From an uncultured Acidobacteriaceae bacterium (GTDB lineage: Bacteria; Acidobacteriota; Terriglobia; Terriglobales; Acidobacteriaceae): 64,000 nt of DNA. The stretch spans positions 305,578 through 369,577 of the forward strand of contig CAVOJP010000004.1 in the NCBI GenBank assembly GCA_963696285.1. Reading direction: 5' to 3'. The notes under the pieces are model-generated. The model did not search any database and was not told the origin of the DNA. It saw only the letters and a program-made list of their open reading frames with translations. Shown piece by piece: positions 19,669 to 30,055 of this stretch (position 1 is the stretch's first letter; each line of letters opens with the position of its first letter). The position numbers and the translations under genes were made by a program.

Positions 19669-19765
19669 TCAATCTCCCCGGGTTAGTGCTGAATGACGAT
19701 CGCGGCGCGAAGACCCTTACCTACCGTTCGTGTGTCCAGTGTACTACTCTTCTGTGGCCCGTTGG

Positions 19766-21049
19766 CTATCCGGCTTTTTCCATCATCGAAAGAGACGCGT
19801 TGCGCTTCTCCACCATCTCCCTGGTGACCTCGAACTCTTTTAGTTTCTTTTGGCTAGGCAGATGGAACATCAAATCAAGCATCAACTCTTCAAGAATCAT
19901 GCGCAAGCCTCGGGCTCCCACTTTGCGAGCCATGGCTTGGCGGGCGATCGCGCGTAGAGCCTCGTCGCTAAACTTCAAGCGCACATTCTCGAATTCAAAC
20001 AGCCGCTGATACTGCTTGACGATGGCGTTCTTGGGACGGGTCAGAATTTCGATCAGCGCGAATTCGTCCAGATCTTCAAGCATGCCCATGACCGGCAGGC
20101 GGCCAACAAATTCCGGGATCAGGCCGAACTTGATCAAATCTTCCGGCTGCATCTCGCTGAGCAATTCGAAGTTGCGCTTGCTGCGCGCGACGACTGCCTC
20201 TTCTTTTTCCGCTTCTTCACCCGCACGGAAGCCCAGGGATTTTTTCCCAACTCGCCGCCCGATAATTTTCTCCAGCCCAACAAAAGCTCCTCCACATATA
20301 AAGAGGATATTTGTCGTATCCACTGGAGTGAATTCCTGGTGAGGATGCTTGCGTCCACCCTGCGGCGGAACGTTCGCGATGGTCCCTTCCAGAATCTTTA
20401 GCAGAGCTTGCTGCACACCTTCGCCGGAAACATCGCGAGTGATCGAAGGATTTTCATCTTTGCGGCCGATCTTATCGATTTCATCAATGTAGATAATGCC
20501 GGTCTGGGCGCGGCTTACATCGCCCTCGGCCGCTTGCAGCAGCTTGAGAATAATATTCTCGACATCTTCGCCCACATACCCGGCTTCGGTCAGCGTAGTG
20601 GCATCGACGATGGCGAAAGGAACATCCAGCATGCGCGCCAGCGTCTGCGCCAAGAGAGTTTTGCCGGTTCCGGTTGGACCGATGAGCAGAATGTTGCTCT
20701 TGCTCAATTCAATGCCATCGCCCGCCGTCTTCTGGCGGTTCATGAAGATGCGCTTGTAATGGTTATAGACCGCAACCGCCAGCTTTTTCTTTGTCTGCTC
20801 CTGCCCGATCACATACTCATCCAGGAAGGTCTTGACCTCCTGAGGCTTGGGCAGTTGATTGGGTGTCGTGGCTTGCGGAGTCGCGGTGCGATCATCTTCC
20901 AGGATCGAGTTGCAAACTGCGACGCACTCGTCGCAGATATAGGCCCGCGGATAGTCGCTGGGCGACGAGATCAGTTTGGCTACGGCATCCTGCGACTTAT
21001 GGCAGAACGAGCAACGCAAAATCTCGTCGGAGCCTGACTTGGTTTTCAC
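19766..21049 (-). CDS. clpX: ATP-dependent Clp protease ATP-binding subunit ClpX
   Basis: Zinc ribbon CSFC...CDEC. Walker [12 protein letters not shown] start preceded by AAGGAG. Confidence 0.97.
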   Translation of the reverse strand: MKTKSGSDEILRCSFCHKSQDAVAKLISSPSDYPRAYICDECVAVCNSILEDDRTATPQATTPNQLPKPQEVKTFLDEYVIGQEQTKKKLAVAVYNHYKRIFMNRQKTAGDGIELSKSNILLIGPTGTGKTLLAQTLARMLDVPFAIVDATTLTEAGYVGEDVENIILKLLQAAEGDVSRAQTGIIYIDEIDKIGRKDENPSITRDVSGEGVQQALLKILEGTIANVPPQGGRKHPHQEFTPVDTTNILFICGGAFVGLEKIIGRRVGKKSLGFRAGEEAEKEEAVVARSKRNFELLSEMQPEDLIKFGLIPEFVGRLPVMGMLEDLDEFALIEILTRPKNAIVKQYQRLFEFENVRLKFSDEALRAIARQAMARKVGARGLRMILEELMLDLMFHLPSQKKLKEFEVTREMVEKRNASLSMMEKAG

Positions 21050-21156
21050 TCGGCTCTACTCCTTCTAGTTTCGATATGACGCTGGGTCCCGCCTCTTTCG
21101 ACCCCTACAGGCTTCCGCGCTAAATCCCGCAATGCGGAATCAAGCGCGAAGGCCGA

Positions 21157-21774
21157 TCATACCGCTTTTACGGTCTTATAGATGATATCGTCTATGATTC
21201 CGTATTCCTTAGCCTGCTGCGCATTCATAATGAAGTCGCGCTCCACGTCTTTCTCCACTTTGTCCAGCTTCTGGCCGGTGTGTTTGGAGAGTAACTGGTT
21301 TGTAATCTCGCGCATACGCAGGATTTCACGGGCGTGAATGTCGATGTCAGTGGCCTGGCCCGACAATCCTCCCATGGATGGTTGGTGAATTAAAATGCGG
21401 GAATTCGGCAGCGCGAGTCTTTTCTTGGGCTCGCCCGCCGCCAGCAACAACGCCGCCATGGAAGCCGCCTGTCCGACGCACAACGTCATGACATCATTCT
21501 TCACGTACTGCATGGTGTCGTAGATCGCCATGCCGGCGGTGATCGAACCGCCTGGCGAGTTCACGTAAAGCTGAATATCTTTTTCAGGATCTTCCTGAGC
21601 CAGAAACAACATCTGGGCGATCACCAGATTGGCGATGTTGTCGTCAATCGGCGTGCCGATGAAAATAATGTTATCTCTGAGCAGGCGGGAATAGATATCG
21701 TAGGCGCGTTCGCCCCGCCCGGTCTGCTCAATTACCATCGGTACCAGCATCATTTGCGGATCATTTGGTTTCAT
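21157..21774 (-). CDS. clpP: ATP-dependent Clp protease proteolytic subunit
   Basis: 205 aa. GQAASMAA catalytic Ser and IHQP His region. Confidence 0.97.
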   Translation of the reverse strand: MKPNDPQMMLVPMVIEQTGRGERAYDIYSRLLRDNIIFIGTPIDDNIANLVIAQMLFLAQEDPEKDIQLYVNSPGGSITAGMAIYDTMQYVKNDVMTLCVGQAASMAALLLAAGEPKKRLALPNSRILIHQPSMGGLSGQATDIDIHAREILRMREITNQLLSKHTGQKLDKVEKDVERDFIMNAQQAKEYGIIDDIIYKTVKAV

Positions 21775-21780
21775 TTTTCA

Positions 21781-21802
21781 ACCGGACCTGTCACCGGACC
21801 TG
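21781..21802 (-). promoter_or_regulatory. Perfect 10-bp direct repeat (accggacctg x2, 2-bp spacer) in the clpP leader
   Basis: Read directly. Lies 7-28 nt upstream of the clpP ATG, where a Shine-Dalgarno sequence would be expected. Confidence 0.4.
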
Positions 21803-21874
21803 CCACACTCCGCCCCGAAGAAACGTTTACGTTACCAGGGGAGGGTCGAAAGTGGTCCGCGCTTTACTCAATCA

Positions 21875-23200
21875 CTACGCGGACTGGTGATAAAGAAAAT
21901 CGAGGGTCTTCTCGCTGCGGATTCTCATTCGGATTCTATCGAGGCCCCCATCCTCTGTCAAACGCGCGCGCACTGCTTCTGAGGTTTGTTTTGACTGTTT
22001 CGCCAGCGAATCAATTTCCCGGTTTACCTCTTCGTCGCTGACGTCGATTTTTTCCAAATCCGCGACACGTTCGAGCAGCAAGGAAGACTTCACGTCGCCC
22101 ACTGCCTGTTCGCGCTGACCGGCTCGGAGGCGCGGAAGATCCATCTTCTTCAGATCTTCCATCTTCATGCCTTGCGCTGCCAGCGCCCGCAGGCCGCGCT
22201 CCAGGCGCAAATCGATCTGGCGATCGATCAAAGATTCCGGTACTTCAAAATCGTTGCGTTTCACCAGTTCGGCCACCAGCTTGTCTTTGGCCGCATGCTC
22301 CGCCGCATGACGCTTTTCAGCTTCCATGTTCTCGCGGATCTGCTTCCGCACCTGATCGAGACTGGTGAACTCACCCAACTCCTTGGCGAATTCGTCGTTG
22401 AGTTCGGGAAGGCTCTTCTGCTTGATGCCATTCACCTTCACCGTATAAATAAAAGTCTTGCCCGCCAAACGCTTGTCGGCGATATCTTCCGGATAGCTTA
22501 CGTCGAAGGTGCGCTCGTCGCCGGCAGAAGCGCCGGTGAGGTTCTGGGTAAACTCTGCAACCGTGTTCTTGCCGCCGATCTCGATCAGCACATCGTCCAT
22601 GTGCACCGGATTGGCGCTGGCTTCTTTAACGTCTTTCCCATCTTTAGGCCGCCCGTCCATGGAGGCCTGCGCAAAATCACCTTGGGCAAGCGGGCGTCCC
22701 TCCACATCGGTATACGTGGCTCGCTGTTCCAGCACATTGGCGAGTGCCTGTTCGATTTCCTCGTCGGTGATCGCAACGTCCGGCTTGTCGGCGCGAAGTT
22801 CTTTGTAGCCCTCGACCTGAATCTCGGGCAGGACTTCGAAACTCGCCTTGAAACGTAAGGGCTCGCCGTCGTGGAAATGCAGGTCGGTGATGCGAGGCTG
22901 CGAAACTGGAATGAGTCCCTGCTTCTCCGCTTCTTTACGGAAGTAGCGCGGAGCCAAAGCCTCGATCACGTCGTTTTTCAGGCCATCGCCGAAGCGCTGG
23001 CGAATAATCGAAGCTGGCACATGCCCGGCGCGAAACCCCGGCAATCGCGCGCTTTTCTGGTAGCGCTGGATCTGCGACTCAGTCTCGCGGGCAACTTCCG
23101 CGGCGGGAATCTCCACTGAAATTTCCCGCCTAATGTCCTTTTTATTATCGGGCGTGTTTGTGTCCGTTTTTGCGGCGTCTGTAGTCTCTGTGGGGCTCAC
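21875..23200 (-). CDS. tig: trigger factor
   Basis: 441 aa. Ribosome-binding region GFRAGHVP, PPIase and C-terminal domains. GTG start with a short N-terminal extension. Confidence 0.95.
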   Translation of the reverse strand: MSPTETTDAAKTDTNTPDNKKDIRREISVEIPAAEVARETESQIQRYQKSARLPGFRAGHVPASIIRQRFGDGLKNDVIEALAPRYFRKEAEKQGLIPVSQPRITDLHFHDGEPLRFKASFEVLPEIQVEGYKELRADKPDVAITDEEIEQALANVLEQRATYTDVEGRPLAQGDFAQASMDGRPKDGKDVKEASANPVHMDDVLIEIGGKNTVAEFTQNLTGASAGDERTFDVSYPEDIADKRLAGKTFIYTVKVNGIKQKSLPELNDEFAKELGEFTSLDQVRKQIRENMEAEKRHAAEHAAKDKLVAELVKRNDFEVPESLIDRQIDLRLERGLRALAAQGMKMEDLKKMDLPRLRAGQREQAVGDVKSSLLLERVADLEKIDVSDEEVNREIDSLAKQSKQTSEAVRARLTEDGGLDRIRMRIRSEKTLDFLYHQSA

Positions 23201-23342
23201 GTTTTGCCTTTCACCAACCGCTGCATCCGGGACCAGGACGCTGGACCGAACTCATACGGCACTCACTTGAGTGTAAAGATAGAAGCAGAGCACCGTCAAA
23301 CGGACGAACCGACCCCGGGGAGCCTCCCGGCAGAAAAGTCGT

Positions 23343-23510
23343 TTATTCGGTGTGGTGCGGATCGGGCGGGTCTTGCCGCGATGAGACCAGGCGCGCAATG
23401 TAACACCGCTCGTGAACCACAAGTCCCTCCTCATCCGTGTACCTGTCCCGTTGCAAGTCCACCGGCCGGTTGCAAATGGGGCAAATGTAAGGAGTATCCG
23501 GGTACGCCAT
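23343..23510 (-). CDS. small (55 aa) CxxC...HxxC zinc-ribbon-like protein; below the ORF-track size cutoff
   Basis: My own translation: MAYPDTPYICPICNRPVDLQRDRYTDEEGLVVHERCYIARLVSSRQDPPDPHHTE. ATG preceded by GAGGTG. Sits between the CheY-like gene and tig on the same strand. Confidence 0.4.
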   Translation of the reverse strand: MAYPDTPYICPICNRPVDLQRDRYTDEEGLVVHERCYIARLVSSRQDPPDPHHTE

Positions 23511-23609
23511 AGGAACACCTCAAGGAGGGCCAGCTCTTTTATTATTATGTCACAAAAGCTACGTTAGTATGTGCGATACCGAACACTTAACTATGCTGGA
23601 GTTTGTCAT

Positions 23610-23993
23610 TTATACCGCAGAATCGGGGACACAAATCTGCCGCAGTGCGATCAGCAGCGAGTCGGAGAGTTGATCCGTCTTCGAAACCACATCTTTTACG
23701 CCGACGGCGCGCGCGGCTCTCAACAGTTCTCCAGAAGGATGCAGAGTGAACATCACCATAGCTGTGTTCGGGGCGAGTTGACTGATATGGCGTGCGGCGT
23801 CGAGTCCATTCATGACCGGCATCTGCAAGTCAAGTATGACGATGTCCGGGTGCAGTTCTTCCACCTTCGCGATCGCCACTTCGCCGTTCTCGGCTTCACC
23901 GCATACATGGAAATCAGCATTAGTCTCAATCCACGATCGCAGGGAAGATCGAACCGTGGAACTATCATCCACGATGAGAATTGTATGAGTCAT
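23610..23993 (-). CDS. single-domain response regulator (CheY-like)
   Basis: ILIVDDSSTVR, phosphoacceptor region IVILDLQMPVMNG, conserved T and K positions. Confidence 0.9.
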   Translation of the reverse strand: MTHTILIVDDSSTVRSSLRSWIETNADFHVCGEAENGEVAIAKVEELHPDIVILDLQMPVMNGLDAARHISQLAPNTAMVMFTLHPSGELLRAARAVGVKDVVSKTDQLSDSLLIALRQICVPDSAV

Positions 23994-24226
23994 GCGCCAC
24001 TACTCCGTCTGCCCTCGGCAGGGCTGCTGTGCGGGGCATGTTCTCGACTCCGGCAGACGGCTATGAGGAAGGTAATTTGAGCTTATTCGCATGAGCGGCC
24101 ATACTGCCATACCGCTGATACTGTACTCTAGCGCACATAAGTGTGTCGCTTATCGACTATCGCTCTGCTGGGGCATTTTCTGGCTTTGTCGAGTTTCGAT
24201 AGACTCAAGAGCCGAGGAAAGCCTGC

Positions 24227-24955
24227 CTGACACAGAAAACTAACCCGCCGCCCAGCCCGCACTGGCTCGCAGTTCTCAATCGTGAGGTCGTCGCCTGCAC
24301 GCGTTGTCCCCGGCTGGTCGAATACCGCGAGCAGATCGCCCGCGAAAAGCGCCGCGCTTACCGCGACTGCGAATACTGGGGCAAACCTGTGCCGGGTTTC
24401 GGCGATCCCAACGCTCGCGTCCTTATTATGGGTTTAGCCCCCGGCGCGCATGGCTCCAACCGCACCGGACGCCCCTTCACCGGCGATGCTTCGGGAAAGT
24501 TCATGTTCCCCGTTTTGTATGAAACCGGATTCGCCAACCAACCCAACGCCACGGATCGCAACGATGGCCTTGAGCTAAGAGATCTGTATATCACCGCCGC
24601 GGTTCGCTGCGCTCCGCCCGCCAACAAACCAACCCCGCAGGAACTCTCCGAGTGTTCGCGATTTCTCGACCGCGAAATCGCAGGATTAGAAAAAGTGAAG
24701 GTGGTAGTAGCTCTGGGAAAGATTGGATTCGACGCTTATTTGAATTACTTGAAACGTCGAGGTCCGCTGCTCGACCAACAGCGCTCTCTCTTCAGGACTT
24801 ATCTCTTCAAACATGGCGCCAGTTACCGGTTACCCGATGGTAAGGTGTTACTCGCCTCCTACCATCCCTCGAACCAGAACACGCAGACCGGCAAGTTGAC
24901 GCGCGAAATGTTTGTCGAGATATTTAAGCAGGCGGCAAAACTTGCCGATGACTAG
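24227..24955 (+). CDS. uracil-DNA glycosylase, Fe-S family 4/5 type; start codon uncertain (possible CTG)
   Basis: GLAPGAHGSNRTGRPFTGDASG motif, HPSNQN motif. The conserved N-terminal CTRCPRLVEYRE...YWGKPVPGFGD lies upstream of the first canonical start (GTG 24389). The frame is open from 24203 with no ATG/GTG/TTG. CTG at 24227 is preceded by GAGGA at an 8-nt spacing. Confidence 0.75.
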   Translation: MTQKTNPPPSPHWLAVLNREVVACTRCPRLVEYREQIAREKRRAYRDCEYWGKPVPGFGDPNARVLIMGLAPGAHGSNRTGRPFTGDASGKFMFPVLYETGFANQPNATDRNDGLELRDLYITAAVRCAPPANKPTPQELSECSRFLDREIAGLEKVKVVVALGKIGFDAYLNYLKRRGPLLDQQRSLFRTYLFKHGASYRLPDGKVLLASYHPSNQNTQTGKLTREMFVEIFKQAAKLADD

Positions 24956-25052
24956 TTCGAGGCGCCGTCGGGGCCGGATCGCTGCACCCGCACCCAAAAG
25001 CGGGGTCATAGTTCCCAAAGCCGGGTCGCGATCCGGGGCGGCGCCTTTCGCC

Positions 25053-25652
25053 CTATTCAGGGTCCCCGGGAAGCCGAACGACCCCGTGGATCGGCGCCAG
25101 TCCGAAATGATTTGTCGCCTGTGATGGGCCAGTCGAGAGATTGGAAAACACCAGCGTGATGTTCGAAATCTCAAGATCTGGGCCGCCGCCGAGGCAGACC
25201 TGTAGCGGCACTGGCCCGGTAAAGGGAGATCCCCCATTTCCCGCTACATCCGCCATTCCGTTCACCTCCAGAACCCAGGTATAGGTAGGGAAGGGAGTGA
25301 TGCCGGGTGGGCAATCGGTTTGAGGCGGGTTCCAAATTAGCGTCGCGCCCTTCATCGTTATGTGGTGCGTGTGCTGGTGTCGGGAGTCGGTGGTGTAGCC
25401 AATGCCGGATCCTAAATCGGAAAACTCCATCGTCAGAGCTGCCGAAAAATCTGCACTTCCGAACGGTCGCAGCCTCAAGGACCACGGGCCGCGAAGTTCC
25501 CACGGACCGGCTGTCGGGTTGGCTGATAATGGATAGTCATTGATCACACCACTGTAGTGCCAGCTTGGCCAATCTTGCGCCGCCGCACTTGTCGCTAGCG
25601 CGAGCACGAGGACCCACGCCCCTACCGAGCAGAAGAAAGTTTTGCTGTACAT
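25053..25652 (-). CDS. secreted hypothetical protein
   Basis: 199 aa. Signal peptide (VLVLALATSAAAQD). No recognisable domain. Confidence 0.6.
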   Translation of the reverse strand: MYSKTFFCSVGAWVLVLALATSAAAQDWPSWHYSGVINDYPLSANPTAGPWELRGPWSLRLRPFGSADFSAALTMEFSDLGSGIGYTTDSRHQHTHHITMKGATLIWNPPQTDCPPGITPFPTYTWVLEVNGMADVAGNGGSPFTGPVPLQVCLGGGPDLEISNITLVFSNLSTGPSQATNHFGLAPIHGVVRLPGDPE

Positions 25653-25927
25653 AGTCGCCTCCAGAGTTTTTTTGGAACATTCATTTTGTTCAGCGAATCA
25701 TCGCCCCCGCGCCGAAAGCCCTCACCCGAGATCAAAGGCGGAGTGGCTGGTGCAGTTGCATCTCGGCGAGTCGTATCCGACACGTGCACAGGCTGTATGA
25801 GGTCGAGGATTTAGGCAAACAGCAATAGGCGGAACGGCCCATTTGCGGCCAAATGCCGTGCTTTGCCGTTCTCATCCAAGGCATTACAATCGGGGCGATC
25901 GTCTCCTGACCGCCCAGGGGAGGGCGA

Positions 25928-27727
25928 ATGGGCGAACCGTTCTCTAACAAAACGCTGTCCGAGACACCGTCCCACATAGTGCCCGAGCATCGCTTAGATT
26001 CCTGGAAAGAGATTGCCACGTACCTGGGCCGGGACGTGACGACCGTCCAGCGATGGGAGAAGCAGGAGGGGATGCCTGTCCACCGACACCTACACCAGAA
26101 GCGAGGCTCCGTCTATGTCTTGAGTTCCGAGCTCGATGCTTGGCGGCAAAACCGCAAAATCCGTTTCGAGGAGGAACAAGAGCCAGCCCTGGAAGCGCCA
26201 ACCGAAGCGGAAAATCGGCAAACGACAGTTCCGCGAAAACGTCGCTGGCTTGCCCTGAGCTTCGCAGCGGCGGTACTCGCCGCTCTTCTTACGCTTGTCT
26301 ACGTCGCTGCACGGAGCCGCGCGCGGGATGCAAGCCGACCCAAAATTGAATCTTTGGCGGTGCTTCCATTGCAGAATTTGAGTGGAGATTCCTCGCAAGA
26401 CTACGTCGCCGACGGCATGACCGAGGAACTCATCGGGCGGCTTTCCAGAATTCACGGATTACGGGTTATATCCCGTACTTCGACCATGCACTTCAAGAAC
26501 ACCCAGCTTTCAGTGCCAGAGATTGCCAGGATGCTTGCCGTCGATGCGATTATGGAAGGGTCGCTGGTGCGAGAAGGAAACGAGATCCGTGTTCACGCCC
26601 AATTGATTCGTGCCGCGACGGACGAGCACATTTGGGCGGGAGAATACCAACGAGAGTATCAAAGCATTCTCGAAGTGCAGGAGGAAGTCGCTCGGAATAT
26701 CGTTGAGCAGATCGAACTGAATCTCACGCCTGAGGAGCGGGCGCGTCTGGCGTCTACGTCTCCCGTCGACCCCCAATCTTACGAGAATTACCTGAAGGGC
26801 CGTTACTACTTCAGCCAGCGGACCGAGGATGCGCTGCACAAAAGCATCGCATCGTTTCAGCAGGCGATCGCGAGCGACCCGGGCTACGCCCCGGCCTATA
26901 GCGGGCTTGCGGAGGCCTATGCAATGCTCGGATTCCGCGGCGGTCTCCCATCGAAAGATGCTTTGTCAGCTGCGAGGAAAGCAGCTTTGAAGGCGATCGA
27001 ACTGGACAACTCATTGGCGGAGCCTCATGCCTCTTTAGCTTTCATCGAGGAGACCTATGATTGGAACTGGCCCGCCGCCGAGAGAGAATACAAGCAGGCT
27101 TTGGAATTGAATCCAGGTTACGCCCAAGCTCACAACTGGTATGCCGGTTATCTGACCTACACAGGGCGATTCAATGAAGCGATCGCTGAGGCCATTCGTG
27201 CCCGGGAACTCGACCCCTTGTCCCTGCCTCTGAATAACGCACTGGCGGGAAGGTTGTTGGTGGCAGGGCGCTACGATGAAGCGCTCCGGCAGGTCCAGAC
27301 AACCTTGGAACTCGATGGGCACTTTGCACCGGCTCACCAGACTCTGGGCTGGGTCTACCTGCGCGGCGGAAAGCAGGATGATGCTATTCGAGAGTTTCAA
27401 AACGCCCTGGAACTCGCCGGAGCCGCAGACACGGACATTCAGTTGGACTTGGGCTTCGCCTATGCCGTGTCGGGACGCACGGCTGAGGCAAGAAGAATAC
27501 TCGTGAAACTCCAGAAACTGCACCAGCAAGGCATCGTTCCGGCCGCTTCACTGGCGACCCTATATGGAGCGTTGGGCGAATCGAACGAAGCTTTTGTCTG
27601 GTTGGAAAAGGCCTGTCAGGAGAGGGATCCTCAACTCACATATCTCAAAACGGGACGAAGATTCGAGCCACTGCATGGAGACCCGCGCTTCGGACAATTC
27701 GTACGCCGGGTTGGGTTCCCCGACTAA
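25928..27727 (+). CDS. HTH - TM - TolB-N-like - TPR repeat protein
   Basis: N-terminal HTH (SWKEIATYLGRDVTTVQRWEK). TM helix. LAVLPLQNLSGD...DGMTEELI module. Multiple TPR repeats. Confidence 0.75.
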   Translation: MGEPFSNKTLSETPSHIVPEHRLDSWKEIATYLGRDVTTVQRWEKQEGMPVHRHLHQKRGSVYVLSSELDAWRQNRKIRFEEEQEPALEAPTEAENRQTTVPRKRRWLALSFAAAVLAALLTLVYVAARSRARDASRPKIESLAVLPLQNLSGDSSQDYVADGMTEELIGRLSRIHGLRVISRTSTMHFKNTQLSVPEIARMLAVDAIMEGSLVREGNEIRVHAQLIRAATDEHIWAGEYQREYQSILEVQEEVARNIVEQIELNLTPEERARLASTSPVDPQSYENYLKGRYYFSQRTEDALHKSIASFQQAIASDPGYAPAYSGLAEAYAMLGFRGGLPSKDALSAARKAALKAIELDNSLAEPHASLAFIEETYDWNWPAAEREYKQALELNPGYAQAHNWYAGYLTYTGRFNEAIAEAIRARELDPLSLPLNNALAGRLLVAGRYDEALRQVQTTLELDGHFAPAHQTLGWVYLRGGKQDDAIREFQNALELAGAADTDIQLDLGFAYAVSGRTAEARRILVKLQKLHQQGIVPAASLATLYGALGESNEAFVWLEKACQERDPQLTYLKTGRRFEPLHGDPRFGQFVRRVGFPD

Positions 27728-27795
27728 CCCACCCACAAAGAATCCTGCTTAGTTGAGCGCTTCTTGGGCGCGCCCTCGGATTCCATCCAAGAAAC

Positions 27796-28854
27796 CTAGA
27801 AGCCCACCATTACCGGTTCGGGTTCGAGACGGATGCCCCAGATTTCTTCCACGCGATGTTGAATCTGCTCTTTGAGAGCGATGATCTCCGCCGCGGTCGC
27901 TCCGCCCCGATTCACGATTGCCAATGCGTGTTTGCTTGAGATGGCGGCTCGGCCGTAACCATAACCCCTGGTGAATCCGGAACGCTCCACCAGCCACGCC
28001 GCGGAAACTTTTTTATGAGTTACCAGCGCGGGATAGCTGGGCACGGCTAACCCTCGTGCTGCCGCCCGCTGCTTTAAATCTTCATGCTGGCTTTCGGAGA
28101 GTACAGGATTTTTGAAGAACGAACCCGCACTCTGGCAATCTGCATCTCCGGCCACAATCAGCATTCCTTTTAAAGCACGGATATGCCGCACCGCTTCGCG
28201 CGTCTCGGCCAAATCGGGCGCTGTTTCTCGTCCGGCGAAGTGGCGCTGCAGGTCGGCATAGGCCAGACGCGGCTTGCCATTGGGCGTGAGCGCATAACTC
28301 ACACGCAGAACAATGAAGCGTCCGCTTTCAGTCGTATTGAAAATACTGGAGCGGTAGCCAAACCCGCAGGCTTCACCGCATAATTCCCGCACCTGGCCAT
28401 CTTTTAAATCGAGCACCTGCACCGACGCAATGGTCTCGGAGACTTCCTGCCCGTAGGCGCCAACATTCTGCACCGGCGTGCCGCCAACGCTGCCGGGAAT
28501 GCCGCTCAGGCACTCGACCCCAGCACAACGCGCCATCACCGAACGGGAAACGAACTTGTCCCAGGATTCGCCCGCACCGGCTTGGAAAATAACATTACCA
28601 TTTTCATCGTGCCCGGCACTCTGCTCGATGCCCTCGATAGCGATCTTGAGTACCAGGCCGGGCCAACCCGCATCCGCTAACTACCAGATTGCTGCCGCCG
28701 CCCAGAACGAACAAAGGCAGATCAAGTGCCGCGCAGAAAATACGGCTGCCTCCTGCGCCTCTCCAACATCTTTGGCTTCGACGAAATACCGCGCCGGACC
28801 TCCGACTCTAAGGGTGGTAAGCGGCGCCAGCGGAATATTTTCGAGTAGCTGCAC
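27796..28854 (-). pseudogene. murB: UDP-N-acetylmuramate dehydrogenase disrupted by two compensating frameshifts
   Basis: GTG 28854 opens VQLLENIPLAPLTTLRVGGPARYFVEAKD. The conserved LDLPLFVLGGGSNLVV is encoded in another frame (about 28726-28679). The original frame hits TAG at 28683-28681, then resumes as ADAGWPGLVLKIAIEG...GIPGSVGG through to 27796. Confidence 0.7.
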
Positions 28855-28944
28855 TGACTTCCAATATTACACAGCGCTCGGGAGATGAAGCAGTGCAAGC
28901 CGGGTAACTTTGGTCTGCATGGTCGGCGATGATCCGGCCGCGGC

Positions 28945-29910
28945 TCAGTTCGGCGGGTCTCCGCTGATGTTGTCAAGAAACGTTGACGAAGGCACAAAAT
29001 ATAAACTCCCACTAACCGGCTTGCTGAAATCGAGCAGACGGTCGTAATTGCCAGGGGGACGGCCCACGAACATGTTCTGAAGCATGGTTTCAGTGACGCG
29101 CGGAGTGCGGCTATAGCCGATGAAGTAGGTCCCGAACTCGCCGTGGCCTGGCCGCCCGAAAGGCATGTTGTCTCTCAGAATCTTAACTTCCTTTCCGTTT
29201 TCTTCGATCGAAGTGAGCGCATTGTGCGCGAAAGGCGGCTTCTCGGCGTCTTTCAGTTCGATGTCTGAGAGCTTCTTGCGGCCAATAATGCGCTCCTGCG
29301 TCTCAACCGGCAGGGCATTCCATCCCTTCATATCGTGAAGATACTTCTGGACGATGACGTAGCTGCCGCCTGCAAAGGCTGGATCTTCGTCACCGACAAT
29401 GGCAGCCTCGTGCGCTGCACCGCCTCGCGGATTTTCTGTCCCGTCGACGAACCCGATCACATCGCGATCATCGAAATAGCGAAAGCCATGAACCTCGTCG
29501 GCAACTGAAACTACATCGCCGATGTTATCCATAATCTGTGCGGCCAATTCAAAACACAGGTCGTGGCGTTTGGCTCGAATGTGAAAGAGGATGTCTCCAG
29601 GAGTGGAGACGGCGTGGCGGCCGTCTGAGCGAATCTCTCGAAACGGATGGAGTTCGGCGGGACGCGGTGATCCGAAGAGCTTGTCCCATGCCTCCGACCC
29701 GAATCCAACCACACATGTGAGACCGGCTTCCGCGTCCCGAAATTCAACTGCGCGCACCAGTCCTGAAAGGTCCGCGCAGAATGATCGTACCGACGCATAG
29801 TCTTCCCGCCCGGGGCGAATGCAGACGACTAGAAAAATCGCCGCGCGTGTGAGTGGGCCGACAACAGTCTGCGGAAGAACGACCTCGTTTAACTCCCTGG
29901 GCGTATCCAT
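28945..29910 (-). CDS. DyP-type peroxidase (YfeX-like, no signal peptide)
   Basis: 321 aa. GFVDGTENP hallmark motif. Confidence 0.9.
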   Translation of the reverse strand: MDTPRELNEVVLPQTVVGPLTRAAIFLVVCIRPGREDYASVRSFCADLSGLVRAVEFRDAEAGLTCVVGFGSEAWDKLFGSPRPAELHPFREIRSDGRHAVSTPGDILFHIRAKRHDLCFELAAQIMDNIGDVVSVADEVHGFRYFDDRDVIGFVDGTENPRGGAAHEAAIVGDEDPAFAGGSYVIVQKYLHDMKGWNALPVETQERIIGRKKLSDIELKDAEKPPFAHNALTSIEENGKEVKILRDNMPFGRPGHGEFGTYFIGYSRTPRVTETMLQNMFVGRPPGNYDRLLDFSKPVSGSLYFVPSSTFLDNISGDPPN

Positions 29911-30055
29911 TATCGCAATCTCAAACCACGATGATTCCTATCCAGGCTCACTACGATCGCACAGAGTATACCAATCTCGTTCGGATAATCATCACGCTCA
30001 GCTGTCGCAGAACCGGTTTCGCTCAGCTCCCGCAAGTACTCAACGAGTCACTCGT

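Noticed and set aside
24005-24060. A 9-bp inverted repeat (ccgtctgcc ... ggcagacgg) in the leader of the CheY-like gene, partly covering its GGAG.
   Set aside because: It could be a translational control hairpin. However, the loop is long (38 nt) and there is no supporting conservation, so it is not strong enough to call.
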